Part shown: one piece after another, positions 26,647 to 38,993 of the stretch
Layout: every line of letters begins with the position of its first letter
Position numbering within the stretch: the stretch's first letter is position 1
Source of the DNA: Camelus ferus
Lineage: Eukaryota
Length of the DNA stretch: 64,000 nucleotides
Assembly (NCBI RefSeq): GCF_009834535.1
Contig: NC_045717.1
Location: 18,290,001-18,354,000 of the forward strand
Direction of reading: 5' to 3'
Made by a program: the position numbers and the translations under genes
Notes under the pieces: model-generated
Seen by the model: only the letters and a program-made list of their open reading frames with translations
What the model was told of the DNA's origin: nothing
The model's database searches: none

Positions 26647-26802
26647 NNNNNNNNNNNNNNNNNNNNNNNNNNNNNNNNNNNNNNNNNNNNNNNNNNNNNN
26701 NNNNNNNNNNNNNNNNNNNNNNNNNNNNNNNNNNNNNNNNNNNNNNNNNNNNNNNNNNNNNNNNNNNNNNNNNNNNNNNNNNNNNNNNNNNNNNNNNNNN
26801 NN
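26647..26802. other. Assembly gap (N run)
   Basis: 156 N. Confidence 1.
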
Positions 26803-26899
26803 TATTAACTTTATTGATTTAGAAAAAACAAAACAGTGACAACTTTTCATACTTAATAAAACTGAGAATAAAGCATCTTCATTAAATCAAGAGTAGAAA

Positions 26900-29400
26900 A
26901 TATAGGGTATTAATTATTAGATTTTCAGCAAAATTGCAGGTGATATTTAATTTTAAATTTTAATATTTAAACAATATTAATTTTTCCAATCTAAGAGCAT
27001 GGGAGTATCTTTCCATTTCTTTTATCATCTTCAATTTCCTTTGTCAATGATTTATAGTTTCCAGAGTGTAGGTTTTTCATCTCCCTGCTTAAGTTTATTC
27101 CTAGGTATTAAATTCTTTTTGATGCAATTTTAAATGGAATTGCTTTTTTCTTTCTCCTTCTGACATTTCATTATTAGTGTATAGAAATTTATATTATATA
27201 GATTTTTAATATATTAATCTGTACCCTGTAATTTTGCTGAATTTATTTATTGATTCTATAGTTTTTGAGTGGAGGCTTTAGGGTTTTCTATATAAAGTAT
27301 CTTTTGTTGTCTACAAATAGTGACACCTTTACCTCTTCCATTTCAATTTGTATGCCTTTTATTTCTTTTTCTTGCCTGATTCCTGTGGCTAGGACTTCCG
27401 ATATTATGTTAAATAAAAGTGGCAAGAGTGGTCATCCTTGTCTCGCTCCAGAGTTTAGAGAAAAACTTTTCAGGTTTTCATTGTTGAGTATGATGTTGAC
27501 CGTGTTTGTCAAAAATGGCCTTTACGATGTTGAGATATGTTCCTTCAACACCAACTTTGATGAGAGTGTTATCATAGATGAATGTTGAATTTTGTCAAAT
27601 GCTTTTTCTGCGTCTGTTGAAATGATCATGTGATTTTTATCCTTCCTTTTGTTAAAGGGGTATATCACTTTGTAATTTGTAAATGTTGAACCATCTTTGT
27701 GATATCGGAATAAATCCAATTGATCATGGTATATGATTCTTTTCATATAGTGTTGGATTCAGTTTGCTAATATTTTGTTGAGGATTTTTTTGTCAAGGAT
27801 TTTTTGATCTACGTTCATCAAAGATTTTAGCCTAGAACTTTCTTTCTTTATGCTGTCTTTGTCTGGTTTTGGTATCAGGGTAATGTTGGCCTTGTAGAAT
27901 GAATTTTTTGCAATAGTTTGAGAAGGATAGATATTAGTCCTTCTTTAGATGTTAAGTAGAATTCCCCTGTGAAGCTGTGCAGTCCTGGAGTTTTGTTGCT
28001 GGGAATTCTTGTTTTTTAATTACAAATTCAGTTTTACTCCTAGTGATTTATCTGTTCAAATTGTCTGTTTCTTCTTGATTCAGTCTTTGCATGTTGTTTG
28101 TTTATAGACCTTTGTTCATTGTTTTCTTGGCTGTTCTATTTGTTGGCATACAACCGTTCATAGTATTCTATTTTTTGTTTGTTTGTTTGTTTGTTTGTAT
28201 CTCTGTGGTATTAGGTGTTATTTTTCCTCTTTAAATTCTTACTTTTATGATTTCTGTCCTCTCTCTATTCTCGTTGGTGAGCCTGGCTAAAGATTTATCA
28301 GTTTTGTTTATCTTTCCAAAATCTTTCTTTTATTGACCCTTTTATTGTTTTCTTTAATTTCTATTTTTATTTCCTCTCTATTCTGGAGGGCCATGTGCAC
28401 AAATGTGCACTGGATATCTGTGGGGGAGGCAGGTACTTCTGGGTGCCCATGAGGTGTCCTAGCCCTCTCTTAGCAGTTGGTGCTGGATATTGCCCCACTA
28501 TCAAAAATATATGTATATTTTTTTGATCTGTCTTCTCAGGCAAGGCAAACAAAAGCAATAACAAACAAGTAGGACAACATGAAACTGAAAATCTTTGCAC
28601 AGTGAAGAAAACTATCAACTAAATGAAAAGACAACCTACTGAATGAGAGAAGATAATTGCAAATGGTATGTTCAACAAAGCATTAATATCCAAAATATAC
28701 AAAGAGCTTATAAACTTAGCATCAAGAAAAACCCCAACCCAATTAAAAAATGGGCAGAAGATCTGAACAGGCCTTTTCCAAAGAAGACATAATGTTGGCC
28801 AACATACAAATGAAAAGATTTTCAACAGCACTAATCATTAGGTAAATGAAAATCAAAACCACAAAGAGATACTCCTTCATATCTGTCAGAATGACTATCA
28901 CCAAAAAGATAAGAAATAACAAGTGTTGGTGTGAATATGGAGAAAAGGGAACATTTGCGCANNNNNNNNNNNNNNNNNNNNNNNNNNNNNNNNNNNNNNN
29001 NNNNNNNNNNNNNNNNNNNNNNNNNNNNNNNNNNNNNNNNNNNNNNNNNNNNNNNNNNNNNNNNNNNNNNNNNNNNNNNNNNNNNNNNNNNNNNNNNNNN
29101 NNNNNNNNNNNNNNNNNNNNNNNCTGCACATCAGTGTTCATTGCAGCATGATTTACAATAACCAAGATATGGAAGCAACCTAAGTGTCCATCAATAGATG
29201 AATGGATAATAAAAGCATGATATATACATGATATATACAATGGAGTAACAGCCTTTAAAAAAATTAAATCTTGATCTTTGAGGCAACATGGATGGATGCA
29301 GAACGTATTATGCTAAGTGAAATATGTCAGACAGAGAAAGACTCTCTTACATGTGGAATCTCATTTTCATTTGGAATATGAAAAACAAAACAAAAATCAA
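26900..29400. mobile_element. Degraded L1 ORF2: minus-strand block about 26900-28380 and plus-strand 3' block about 28500-29400
   Basis: Decayed ORF2 peptides (RKDKNHMIISTDAEKAFDKIQH on minus; KKITNNKCW-like on plus). Confidence 0.8.
28962..29123. other. Assembly gap (N run)
   Basis: 162 N. Confidence 1.
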
Positions 29401-30034
29401 TGACTTGCTATAAATCACAGTAGTGAGTTACAGTCCAAAATATCAGAAAAAGCAGTTATGATAGTAATGTGCAAAGGAAAATTAGGTACAAAAGTGAATA
29501 TTGTATCTCAGATTTTCCTCTATTATAAAATTTATGTAAAATGTTTTGGTCATCAAGTGTACTTTTTTTGATAGGAATAGTTTTAGTAAAATCATTTTGT
29601 TGATTTGGGAATTATTTTAGTAAAAGGAAAGAAAACTATTTGGTATGATATATGCAATTTGAGAAAAAGTATTTTTAAAAAATCCATGTTGTTTCATTAA
29701 GGTAAAGTGGAATTTCCAAATATTTCTGATTCAGTACTGGCTTTGGCAACACATATATCAAGTATTTCTGAATCATTGTTGAAATAAATTTCGGAAAGTA
29801 AGAATTAAAAAAAGGAACATCTGATGGATATCAGAGACAGCAGAGAGCTTAATAAAATGAGTTAACATAAATTGAATAGAGAAGTTGAGTTTGAGTTCAA
29901 AGAAATAGAAATTCCAGAAAATAATTAAAAACAGCAAATTGTCCTTCCATATTCTGATCAAAAAATGACAATTTCTAATTCTGAAGCTCTGACCTCGCAA
30001 TAATGGGTGCTTTCTTGGTTTTAGGACATGGCCC

Positions 30035-30967
30035 TTATACAGTTCCCTTCACAAACAGTGCTTTCAGAGCCCTCTTCATGTCTTTGTTCCTCAGACTGTA
30101 GATGAAGGGGTTCAGCAAGGGTGTGACCACGCTGTACATCACTGAGGCTGTTGCACTTGAGTGTGCACTGTGGGTAGCAGCAGAGCTAAGGTACACTCCT
30201 AGCATCGTGCAATAAAATAAGGAGACAATGGAGAGATGAGAAGCACAGGTAGAAAATGCTTTATACTTCCCCTGAGCTGATGAGATCCTACGTATGCAAG
30301 AAACTATTTTAGAGTAAGAGTACATGATACCAGCAAAAGGACCACCACCCAGCAGGACAGCTGCAAAGTACATCACCATGTTGTTAAGAAAGGTGTCAGA
30401 ACAGGCAAGTTGGATCATTTGATTGAGTTCACAGAAAAAGTGTGGGATTTCCAAGTTTGTGCAGAAGGACAATCGTAACACCATTAAGCTTTGTAACAAA
30501 GAATTCAGGAGACACATGATCCAGGACACCAGAACCAGCAGTCCACAGAGCCGGGGATTCATGATGACCATGTAGTGAAGGGGGTGACAGATGGCCACAA
30601 ACCGGTCATAGGCCATCACGGTCAGGAGGAAGATGTCCAGCACTGCAAAGAGTATGAGAAAATAAATCTGAGTGATGCAGCCTTCATAGGTGATGACTTT
30701 GCTCTGGGTCTGGATGTTCCACAGCATCTTTGGGATGGTGGTGGAGGTGAAACAGATGTCTACAAAGGACAGGTTGGAGAGGAAGAAGTACATGGGTGTG
30801 TGGAGGTGGAAGTTTGACGTGATGGCCAAGATGATGAGCAGGTTTCCAAACACAGTGATCAGGTACATGGAGAGGAAAAGCCCCAATATGAGGGGCTGCA
30901 ATGCTGGCTCCTCTGAAAATCCGAGAAGAAGAAATTCTGAAATTCGTGTAGCATTGTCTGTTTGCAT
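30035..30967 (-). CDS. Olfactory receptor, OR7A-type, 310 aa (OR-c)
   Basis: Intact ORF from MQTDNAT with canonical motifs; polypyrimidine tract and CAG upstream of the ATG. Confidence 0.95.
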   Translation of the reverse strand: MQTDNATRISEFLLLGFSEEPALQPLILGLFLSMYLITVFGNLLIILAITSNFHLHTPMYFFLSNLSFVDICFTSTTIPKMLWNIQTQSKVITYEGCITQIYFLILFAVLDIFLLTVMAYDRFVAICHPLHYMVIMNPRLCGLLVLVSWIMCLLNSLLQSLMVLRLSFCTNLEIPHFFCELNQMIQLACSDTFLNNMVMYFAAVLLGGGPFAGIMYSYSKIVSCIRRISSAQGKYKAFSTCASHLSIVSLFYCTMLGVYLSSAATHSAHSSATASVMYSVVTPLLNPFIYSLRNKDMKRALKALFVKGTV

Positions 30968-31789
30968 GCAATGAAAGTGACCTCTGGAAAAGAAGGATAT
31001 AACATGGCTAATTTCTGCACAAATGTGCATTACTCAAATATTAGAAATGCTACAATTTATATTTTGCTGCCAAAATTAATTTTAATGTTTTGTGTATGGA
31101 TATGATCCCATATAAGGGATCTTTGTACCCCTTCTGATCTGGAATTTTTGTCCCAGTTAGTTTTTTCCCTAAGGGACATGTGTTTGACAGTTTTAATGAG
31201 AATTTCTTCATGTAATTCAGGAATGTAATATGAGGCCTGATCATGTTTTAAGCATATCGAGGCAATGGGTGCTGAAGAACAAAGTCCCTACCATTCAATC
31301 GTATATATAATAAGACTATATAAACAAATAGTAAAATTATATAACATCCCATGCTGACCGGTGGTATGAAGAAATAGAGAGGAGATATAAAGGAGAGACT
31401 GAGTTTATGTGGGGACATATGTGCCCAGCAGAGGGAATGGTCGGCACAAAGTCCCCGAGGAAGGTGCTTGTTTCAAACATTCAAGTCAAAAAAAGTGAAG
31501 CCAGTGTCGCGAGGTGAATAAACATGAGAAAGATTGATGAGAGATGATGTCATGCACGTTGAAGCGGGAAGTGGCCTCTCTCCTACTCCTGAAACCCAGG
31601 ACACAGGGACTTCCACGTCTGTACTAAATCTTACACTTTATTAATCTTGTTGCAGAGGTGTCCCATGAATTGAAACAGACCCCCTGCTTAGTATCTCCCT
31701 TGACTGAGTCCTGGCCCCAGGATTGTAAGAGTCCCTTGGAATGCACAAGACCTCATACCCCTGTTCTGACAACTGCTCAACCCCGCAAG

Positions 31790-31792
<3 letters not shown>

Positions 31793-31839
<47 letters not shown>
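31793..31839. repeat. (CT)n(CA)n compound microsatellite
   Basis: Direct reading. Confidence 0.95.
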
Positions 31840-33374
31840 CCCATGGCCTCCTGTGTTGTATTATTTCCATGTGATTCTAGGTTCCAGCCTTATGGATTAC
31901 ACTAAGAATGGAAATTTAATGATATCAACAGAGATTAATAATTAAAATTTCAAAGACTTCAATAAAATAAAATTATAATATTGCTAGAATGCTTTCAGTC
32001 ATTACTGTTGAATGAATCAATACTTTGGTCAATATGTGTTGACATTTACAACATGGCAAGATTATATTTCAATTTAGGTGGAAAAGTGTGGATTTTTAAG
32101 TGGCTATCTCTCTGGGAGAATATGAAATTGGTCCTCTCCCTCCAACATCATACAAAAAACAGGGATTACATACACCCTTAATGTAAGAGCAACCAATGCA
32201 TTTTAGATGGACATCTAGAGAACCACACATACAATTTAGAGGTGGCAAAACCACCTCCAATAAAGCAAGAAACTGAGGAGCAAGAAGATAGATATATCTA
32301 AATAAATTAAAAAAATTTTTGGTCAAAAAAATATCCTCCAAAGTCAATTGAGAAACAATGATCTGTAGAAATATTTTGAAATGCTGAAAAGTGTGCAAAA
32401 ATGGGCAAATAATATATGGGCATATAATAATAATAGGCAAATGAAAATGGTGACCAACTATGTAAAGTTTGCTGAAACTGAGGAATAGTTTAAGAAACAA
32501 AGGAATGCCTTTCACGCCCATCAGCCTGGGAAAAAGACCTAAAGAGCAGTCATACTGGTTGGAACTTTTAAACTGGTAGCAAAAGCTGTGCTCTAATTTT
32601 GCTGGCAGAAACAGAAAGTGTTAACAAGATTGGAAAACCACCCAAAGACAGCTATAAATAAATACAAAAAACTTTATTCTTTAACCTAGGTTTTCTCAGT
32701 CTTAATACTATTGATTTCCTGGACCAGATCATTTTCTGTTGCATGCTCTGTGCTGTATATTGAAGGATATTTACAGCATCCGTGGTCGCCACTCACCCAA
32801 CTCCAGTGTGGAGACAAAAATGTCCCTGGGCACTGCTCAGTGTATCCCCTGGGAGAAAACTACCCCCTGATTAGAACCGCAGATTGAATTTAACAATCAA
32901 CATATGTTTCTAGCATTGACATGACAGCAATTTAACGATAAATAATAGGAAAGACAATCAAAAGTGAGAATAGCACAGTTACACTGTAAAATATGTAACC
33001 ACTGAAATAAAAACAGTTAATTAATCAAGCAGATGAACAAACAACAAACTCTTGCCTCTGGGCTGAGATGAACTGGCCCTCAGGTAATGATTGGTAAATG
33101 TTCTTGGCTTCCTTCTTCTCTGACCTTCTCACGCAGTCAAGTGGGTTACTGGACCTCCCTGGATGGGAACTCGGAGAGGAAGGTCTGTGAGGGGGGAGTC
33201 TGGATTCTTCCCTGGATGGCTGATGATGGAGACTAAGGCTCTGTCCTCAGACAAGGCAGCAGGAAGGAATGAAACATCAGTCCCCCAGCCAGAATTAGGA
33301 GAACCAACCAACCAATGAAAAATCAGATCTGTGCCCCTTCCAGCCCAAGTTTACACCGGCTGAGAGACTGTAGA

Positions 33375-33465
33375 CGTAGAGATATTTATAGCTCCTTATA
33401 TCTGCTCATTAGGCACATTTCTTTCTTGTTTTTTCAACCTCTAAGACGTAACTCCCTTGTGGGAA
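33375..33465 (-). promoter_or_regulatory. Putative OR-c promoter cassette
   Basis: O/E-like 33453-33464, TAATGA 33406-33411, perfect TATAAATA 33383-33390. Confidence 0.7.
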
Positions 33466-34149
33466 ACTCTTCTGGAATGAAGAAAATTTTTCCTAATGAT
33501 TCTCTGCTCACAAGAGACCAGGGTAAGGTAAAATGAATCCAGGTCTTTACTCTTTTTACTCCTTCCCCACGAAATTGCCTCCCTTTCAGGTCTCTACGTC
33601 TCCTATCACCCAGTCTGAACTCTGAGGTAGTTTTCCTCAAGTCGAAGACTGAGGAACCTGTCTGGATTAGGTCTCTTGTATATTCAAAGTATTGACTTAT
33701 GGTGGGGACACAGCCCCTGCACGTCTGGACAATTTTAATTCTTCTTTTTAAACAAGAGAATTGAGTTCTTTTGATAATAAACAATGGGCACTGCATGCAT
33801 TGTCAGCGTGAAACTTTTGCCATAACAAATAAGAAATTAGGAATTTTATAATTATGTCTCTGGTTTAGAGCTGTCATTTAGTCCTTCATTATTAAATGTT
33901 TGTTTACATTTAACAAGAGATATATTTAGGTGTTTTCTGTACTAAAACATGGGCTTCGCACCTCATAGGGATTGTTTGTTTTACTTTTTATAAACGTCTT
34001 ATCCATGAGGAAGTACCTTCAGGAACTCCATTATCGATTGTAGAAATGGGGCTTCAAGAGGTTTAGTGATCTACCCAAAGTTAGTATCTGAGAACACGAT
34101 GGGCTTTGATTGCATTCTGTCAGGATGCTTCTAGTTCTCAAAATGGAAG

Positions 34150-34465
34150 CCACTGGTTTTCAAACAGAAATGTTTTTTCCCCCTAAAGAATGCTTGGCTT
34201 ATCTAACGCGATGCTGCCTATAATCTGCAGGAAAGCACCCACAACCATTATCTGCCCAAATGTCGACAGTAAAGGACAAGGAAACCTATTCTACACCAAC
34301 ATTTCTTCCACTTCAGTGTCTCTGTGGCTCAACAAAAATCCTACCACAAATGCAGAATCTGAATCAGCAGGTCTGGGTGAGCCCAGAGGTTCTGTATTTC
34401 TAACAAGCTCCTGGGTGATACGGATGCTGCAGGTCCCTGTCAGTGGACCACTCTGAGCAGCAAGG
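34150..34465. mobile_element. MER20 plus MER5A tandem; paralogous copies at 46915-47300, 54700-55085 and 62905-63235
   Basis: ccactggttttcaaac...aaatgtcgacagt, then gcagaatctgaatcagcagg...gtggaccactctgag. Confidence 0.62.
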
Positions 34466-34649
34466 CTGGATCCTGTGATAGAGTTAGGGGCAGGTGGTTA
34501 AGGTCTTCTGCACCAAACACCTCCTTTGCATAGAAGTTTCAAGGAAGAGCACATTCATTAATTCCAGAGGCTCCGGTAAATTCTGTGTTTACTTCTTTGT
34601 ATGACAGTCCTTGAATGACTCAAAACGAAACATACCTGAGAAAGATTTT

Positions 34650-34960
34650 ATAACAGACAGAATAGGTCCTCCAACATACGAATCTCAACCACCAGAATAT
34701 GTTACTTTTATTTTAAACCAGGAAGGACTGAGGTTGCAGCTTGAACAGGGTTGCTAATCAGCTGACTTTTAGATAAAAATATTAGCCATGATTATCTAAG
34801 TGGCACTAAAGTAACCACAGCGGTCCTCTACCTGCTGATGAGGGACACAAAAGATTTGGTGTTAGAGAGATTTTGAAGATGGAAAAAGGGCCAGAAGCCA
34901 AGGTATGCAGATGGCCAGAAATACAATTGGAAATTGGAAAGGAAATAGATTCTCTCATGA
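34650..34960. mobile_element. MaLR (MLT1-like) LTR fragment
   Basis: gaatatgttacttttatttt...gaagatggaaaaagggccagaagccaaggtatgcag...ggaaatagattctc. Confidence 0.6.
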
Positions 34961-37900
34961 GTTTTTTGGGAAAACTCAGCTCTGCACACATCACTTTACA
35001 AGTTGAGGTGAATTTCATACATGACATAATTTTAGTTTCAGGTGTAACGCAAACGACTTCAATCATTGTGCACACTCCAAGGTACAGAGGCATCCTGGAG
35101 CACAGTAAAGGAGGGTGTGAGGAAAATGGCCACCTTCCAAGGTATCTGGAAATATTTACAGTCAGCGCACTGATGTGTGCTCAGCTAGAAGCCTGCCCCT
35201 GAGGCTGCAGGGATGATGATAAGGGCATAAGCCTATTTCACTGGAAAACTGAGCTTCTGGGTCAGTTATGTCTTGCTGTGCCCTGAAGGTGGTCGCTGTT
35301 TAAGAACTCTTCCTCCTTTGGTTATAGTCCTGTGGGGCCTCTGAATAGAAGCCCCACTGTCGTACTGAGCCAGGTGATGTAAGGATGGACCAGGACCTGG
35401 AAGCAGCTGCGAAAATCAAGAGGGCCGACGAAGGGCGTAAGCGCCTTTGTGGGAGGTACCAGCAAGCTGGAGCGAGGCAGAGGAGGGTGCAAAGACTGCA
35501 CCCAGCAACCTCTGTTCCCTGAGATCACCTCCTTAGGCCTTTAGGAGGAACACGCCAGGCCAGAAGCCTGCCCCTCAGGCCAACGTTCCTGGACAAGCAA
35601 ACAGGCCTCTTTTACTCAAGAAGACTGGAGTGTGATTCAGTCTGCTGCCTGTGCAGTGCCCTGGGGATGGGAGTCTGGAAACAACTGTTTTTCTGATTTT
35701 TGTGATCCAGTTAGGAATGCCAGTCCCCTTGGCCTCCAGAGTCAGGGACTCACAGGGTGTCCCCTGGACCGCTGCCAGATAAGCTGGTGCACCTGATGTG
35801 TGCCAAAGCTCCCCTATTGTTTTCAAATATTCATGTTCTTCGCTTGTATCCTCTCCAATGTTCTCTCAAGTTTTCTTCCTACATAAAAGATAGAACCATA
35901 AGTGCATCTGTGTGTGTACATATGTAGTTATGAGTATGCTGATTTGAAAGAAATGTGTGTACAGATAAGCACACACATGTGAATGCACACAACTTTACAT
36001 CTGAACGTTTTCTTTGGATTCCACAAAATACATCCACTCATTTCTATTATTTCTTGCAGCATTCCTCGGGAGTTGTGTTTATTATTCCACATTACCTACA
36101 AAATGAGGATTGAGGTTCAGGGAGATTAAAGTTTCCACAATTGCATTAAGAAGCCTTTAGAGTTACTGTGCACTTTCTTGAATTATACACACAAGGGAAC
36201 ATGCAGTATGGAGTGTAATTTTTGTACAGTTCATTTGATTCATCATTTGAAAATGTGTGTGTATAGTATGTAATTATTTTCCAGTGAATCACTTTGAAGT
36301 CTAAGGGTGCATTGGTCAGAGTAGGATCTAGAACACAGCTGATTCACACTGAGCAGTGACAGGAGATATCTCTTCTAAGTGAGGAGAAAGAAAAATGTCG
36401 TAGAAATAGTAGAAGCAAATTAAAGGAATTCTAACTTGGCACTCTTTTTCTGTAAAATAGAAGATGAAACTAGACAGAGAAATAGAGTAAACGGATCACA
36501 GTGGATCAAGTGGGAAGGGCACCTGCCACGCACATCACGGATGAGCCTTAGAGAAACAATGTAGGGTTTCATAGCTGAGTGTCCCCTCGTTAGGAGCTCA
36601 GCGGAGCTCAGAACTACTCCCCACCTTGCAATCTCATTTGGTAATAAAGGCATCATATTAAATCATTTGCTTTTAGGATGACTTGCTAAGCAGAGACAGC
36701 TAACTGATACAAAAACCAAAGTGAACAGAATGAGGACAGTCATAATTACCACTGATTATTTTTGGCATCTCTTCCTGCATCTGGAAAGAGCTTTCATGGT
36801 CACTCTGTTGGTTGAGTTTATTTCAGAAAGCTGTATTTGAATGCTCTCATTGGCGTTCACTTCCAGGTAAACGGAAGAGGTCGAGGGACGTGTATGTTTG
36901 TGCAGAAAAATTGGTGATGCTGATTTACATGACTGGACAGGAATTCAAGGTCTCTGAGTCATTTTTTGATCGTGAGCATTAACAGAGCTGTTTAATGGAA
37001 GATAATGGTAATGATCATTCACCATTCCGCTCCTGGTTACGACAAAAGTGTAGACAGGGGGCTATACTTCCATTAGAGCAATGAAAGGAGTCATTTTATA
37101 GGTAGAAGTGGAAGTTTTCAAGCAGAAACAGGAAGATAACTCAATAAAAATTAGAAAAAAGGCAAACAATCTTTCACTAATATGTATGAAGCTCTCCTTA
37201 CACATGGACATCTATCCTCCATCCTCCAGTAAATATACAGCATGGAAAATCAATATTTGGCATAGTAATACAATGTATCAGTTACAATTTAGCTTCATGT
37301 TGAAGGTCATCTGTGATTCTAAGGTCATCTTAGGTGAATCTATTTATTAAAGTTTGTCTCTTAATGGGGACTCCTCTTGCAGACGTGTATCTGATAATCA
37401 TTTTGAGAGTGGGTAAGGCAGGCCTTGCGGACACTAAGCTAAGAAAGAACACGATCCCAATGAGGAGAATAAGAAGCAATGGCCCCTGTAAATCACAGTA
37501 GTATGTTACAGTCCAAACGGTGAGAAGGAGCAGTTAAGGTAGTGATGTACAAAGGAATGCTGGATATAGTAGTGAAAATAATGCCTCAGATTTTCCCCTG
37601 GTATAAAATTACACAGATTGCCTCAGTCTTCAAATATATGGGGTTTTTAAAAAATAGGATTACTACAACTCAACAGTTCTTTTCAAAAACTAATGAAAAA
37701 AATATTTGGTATGACCTATGTGATTTGAGAAGTTATTCTTAAAAACAGAAATCCATGTCGTCACATTAGGTAAACAGGAGTTTCCAAATATTTCTGATAC
37801 ATGGTTGAAGTAAATTTGGGAAAGTAGGAATAAGACAAGGAGAAGCCGTTGTGTGTCAGAGGCAGCAGAAGGCTTACTAAAGAGAGTCCCGTAAACTGAA

Positions 37901-38060
37901 GAGAGAAGTTACAGTCACAGAAATGGAAATTCCAGGAATTTAATTTTTTAAAAAGAGCAAGTTCTACTTCCACTGTCTGATCAGATAGTCACAACTGCCC
38001 TCTCTGCGGCTTTGAACACTTCAGTCACGGGTTTTCCATCCCTTGGGTGACGTTTGGCCC

Positions 38061-38993
38061 TTATACAGTTCCCTTCACGAACAGCGTTTTCAGAGCCCTC
38101 TTCATGTCTTTGTTCCTCAGACTGTAGATGAAGGGGTTCAGCAAGGGTGTGACCACGCTGTACATCACTGAGGCTGTTGCACTTGAGTGTGCGCTGTGGG
38201 TAGCAGCAGAGCTAAGGTACACTCCTAGCATCGTGCAATAAAATAAGGAGACAACGGAGAGGTGAGACGCACAGGTGTAAAATGCTTTATACTTCCCCTG
38301 AGCTGATGAGATCCTACGTATGCAAGAAACTATTTTAGAGTAAGAGTACATGATACCAGCAAAAGGACCACCAGCCACCAGGACAGCTGCAAAGTACATC
38401 ACCATGTTGTTGAGAAAGGTGTCAGAGCAGGCAAGTTGGATCATTTGATTGAGTTCACAGAAAAAGTGTGGGATGTCCAAGTGTGTGCAGAAGGACAGTC
38501 GCAACATCATCAAGCTGTGTAAAGAGGAATTCAGGACACTCAAGATCCAGGACATCAGAACCAGCAGCCTATAGAACCAGGGGTTCATGATGACCATGTA
38601 GTGCAGGGGGTGACAGATGGCCACAAACCGGTCATAGGCCATCACGGTCAGGAGGAAGATGTCCAGCACTGCAAAGAGTATGAGAAAATAAATCTGAGTG
38701 ATGCAGCCTTCATAGGTGATGACTTTGCTCTGGGTCTGGATGTTCCACAGCATCTTTGGGATGGTGGTGGAGGTGAAACAGATGTCTACAAAGGACAGGT
38801 TGGAGAGGAAGAAGTACATGGGTGTGTGGAGGTGGAAGTTTGACGTGATGGCCAAGATGATGAGCAGGTTTCCAAACACAGTGATCAGGTACATGGAGAG
38901 GAAAAGCCCAAATATGATGGGCTGCAGTTCTGTTTTCTCTGAAATTCCGAGAAGAAGAAATTCTGAAAGTCGTGTATCATTGCCTGGTTTCAT
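38061..38993 (-). CDS. Olfactory receptor, OR7A-type, 310 aa (OR-d), close paralog of OR-c
   Basis: Intact ORF from MKPGNDT; motifs canonical except KAFYTC. Confidence 0.94.
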   Translation of the reverse strand: MKPGNDTRLSEFLLLGISEKTELQPIIFGLFLSMYLITVFGNLLIILAITSNFHLHTPMYFFLSNLSFVDICFTSTTIPKMLWNIQTQSKVITYEGCITQIYFLILFAVLDIFLLTVMAYDRFVAICHPLHYMVIMNPWFYRLLVLMSWILSVLNSSLHSLMMLRLSFCTHLDIPHFFCELNQMIQLACSDTFLNNMVMYFAAVLVAGGPFAGIMYSYSKIVSCIRRISSAQGKYKAFYTCASHLSVVSLFYCTMLGVYLSSAATHSAHSSATASVMYSVVTPLLNPFIYSLRNKDMKRALKTLFVKGTV

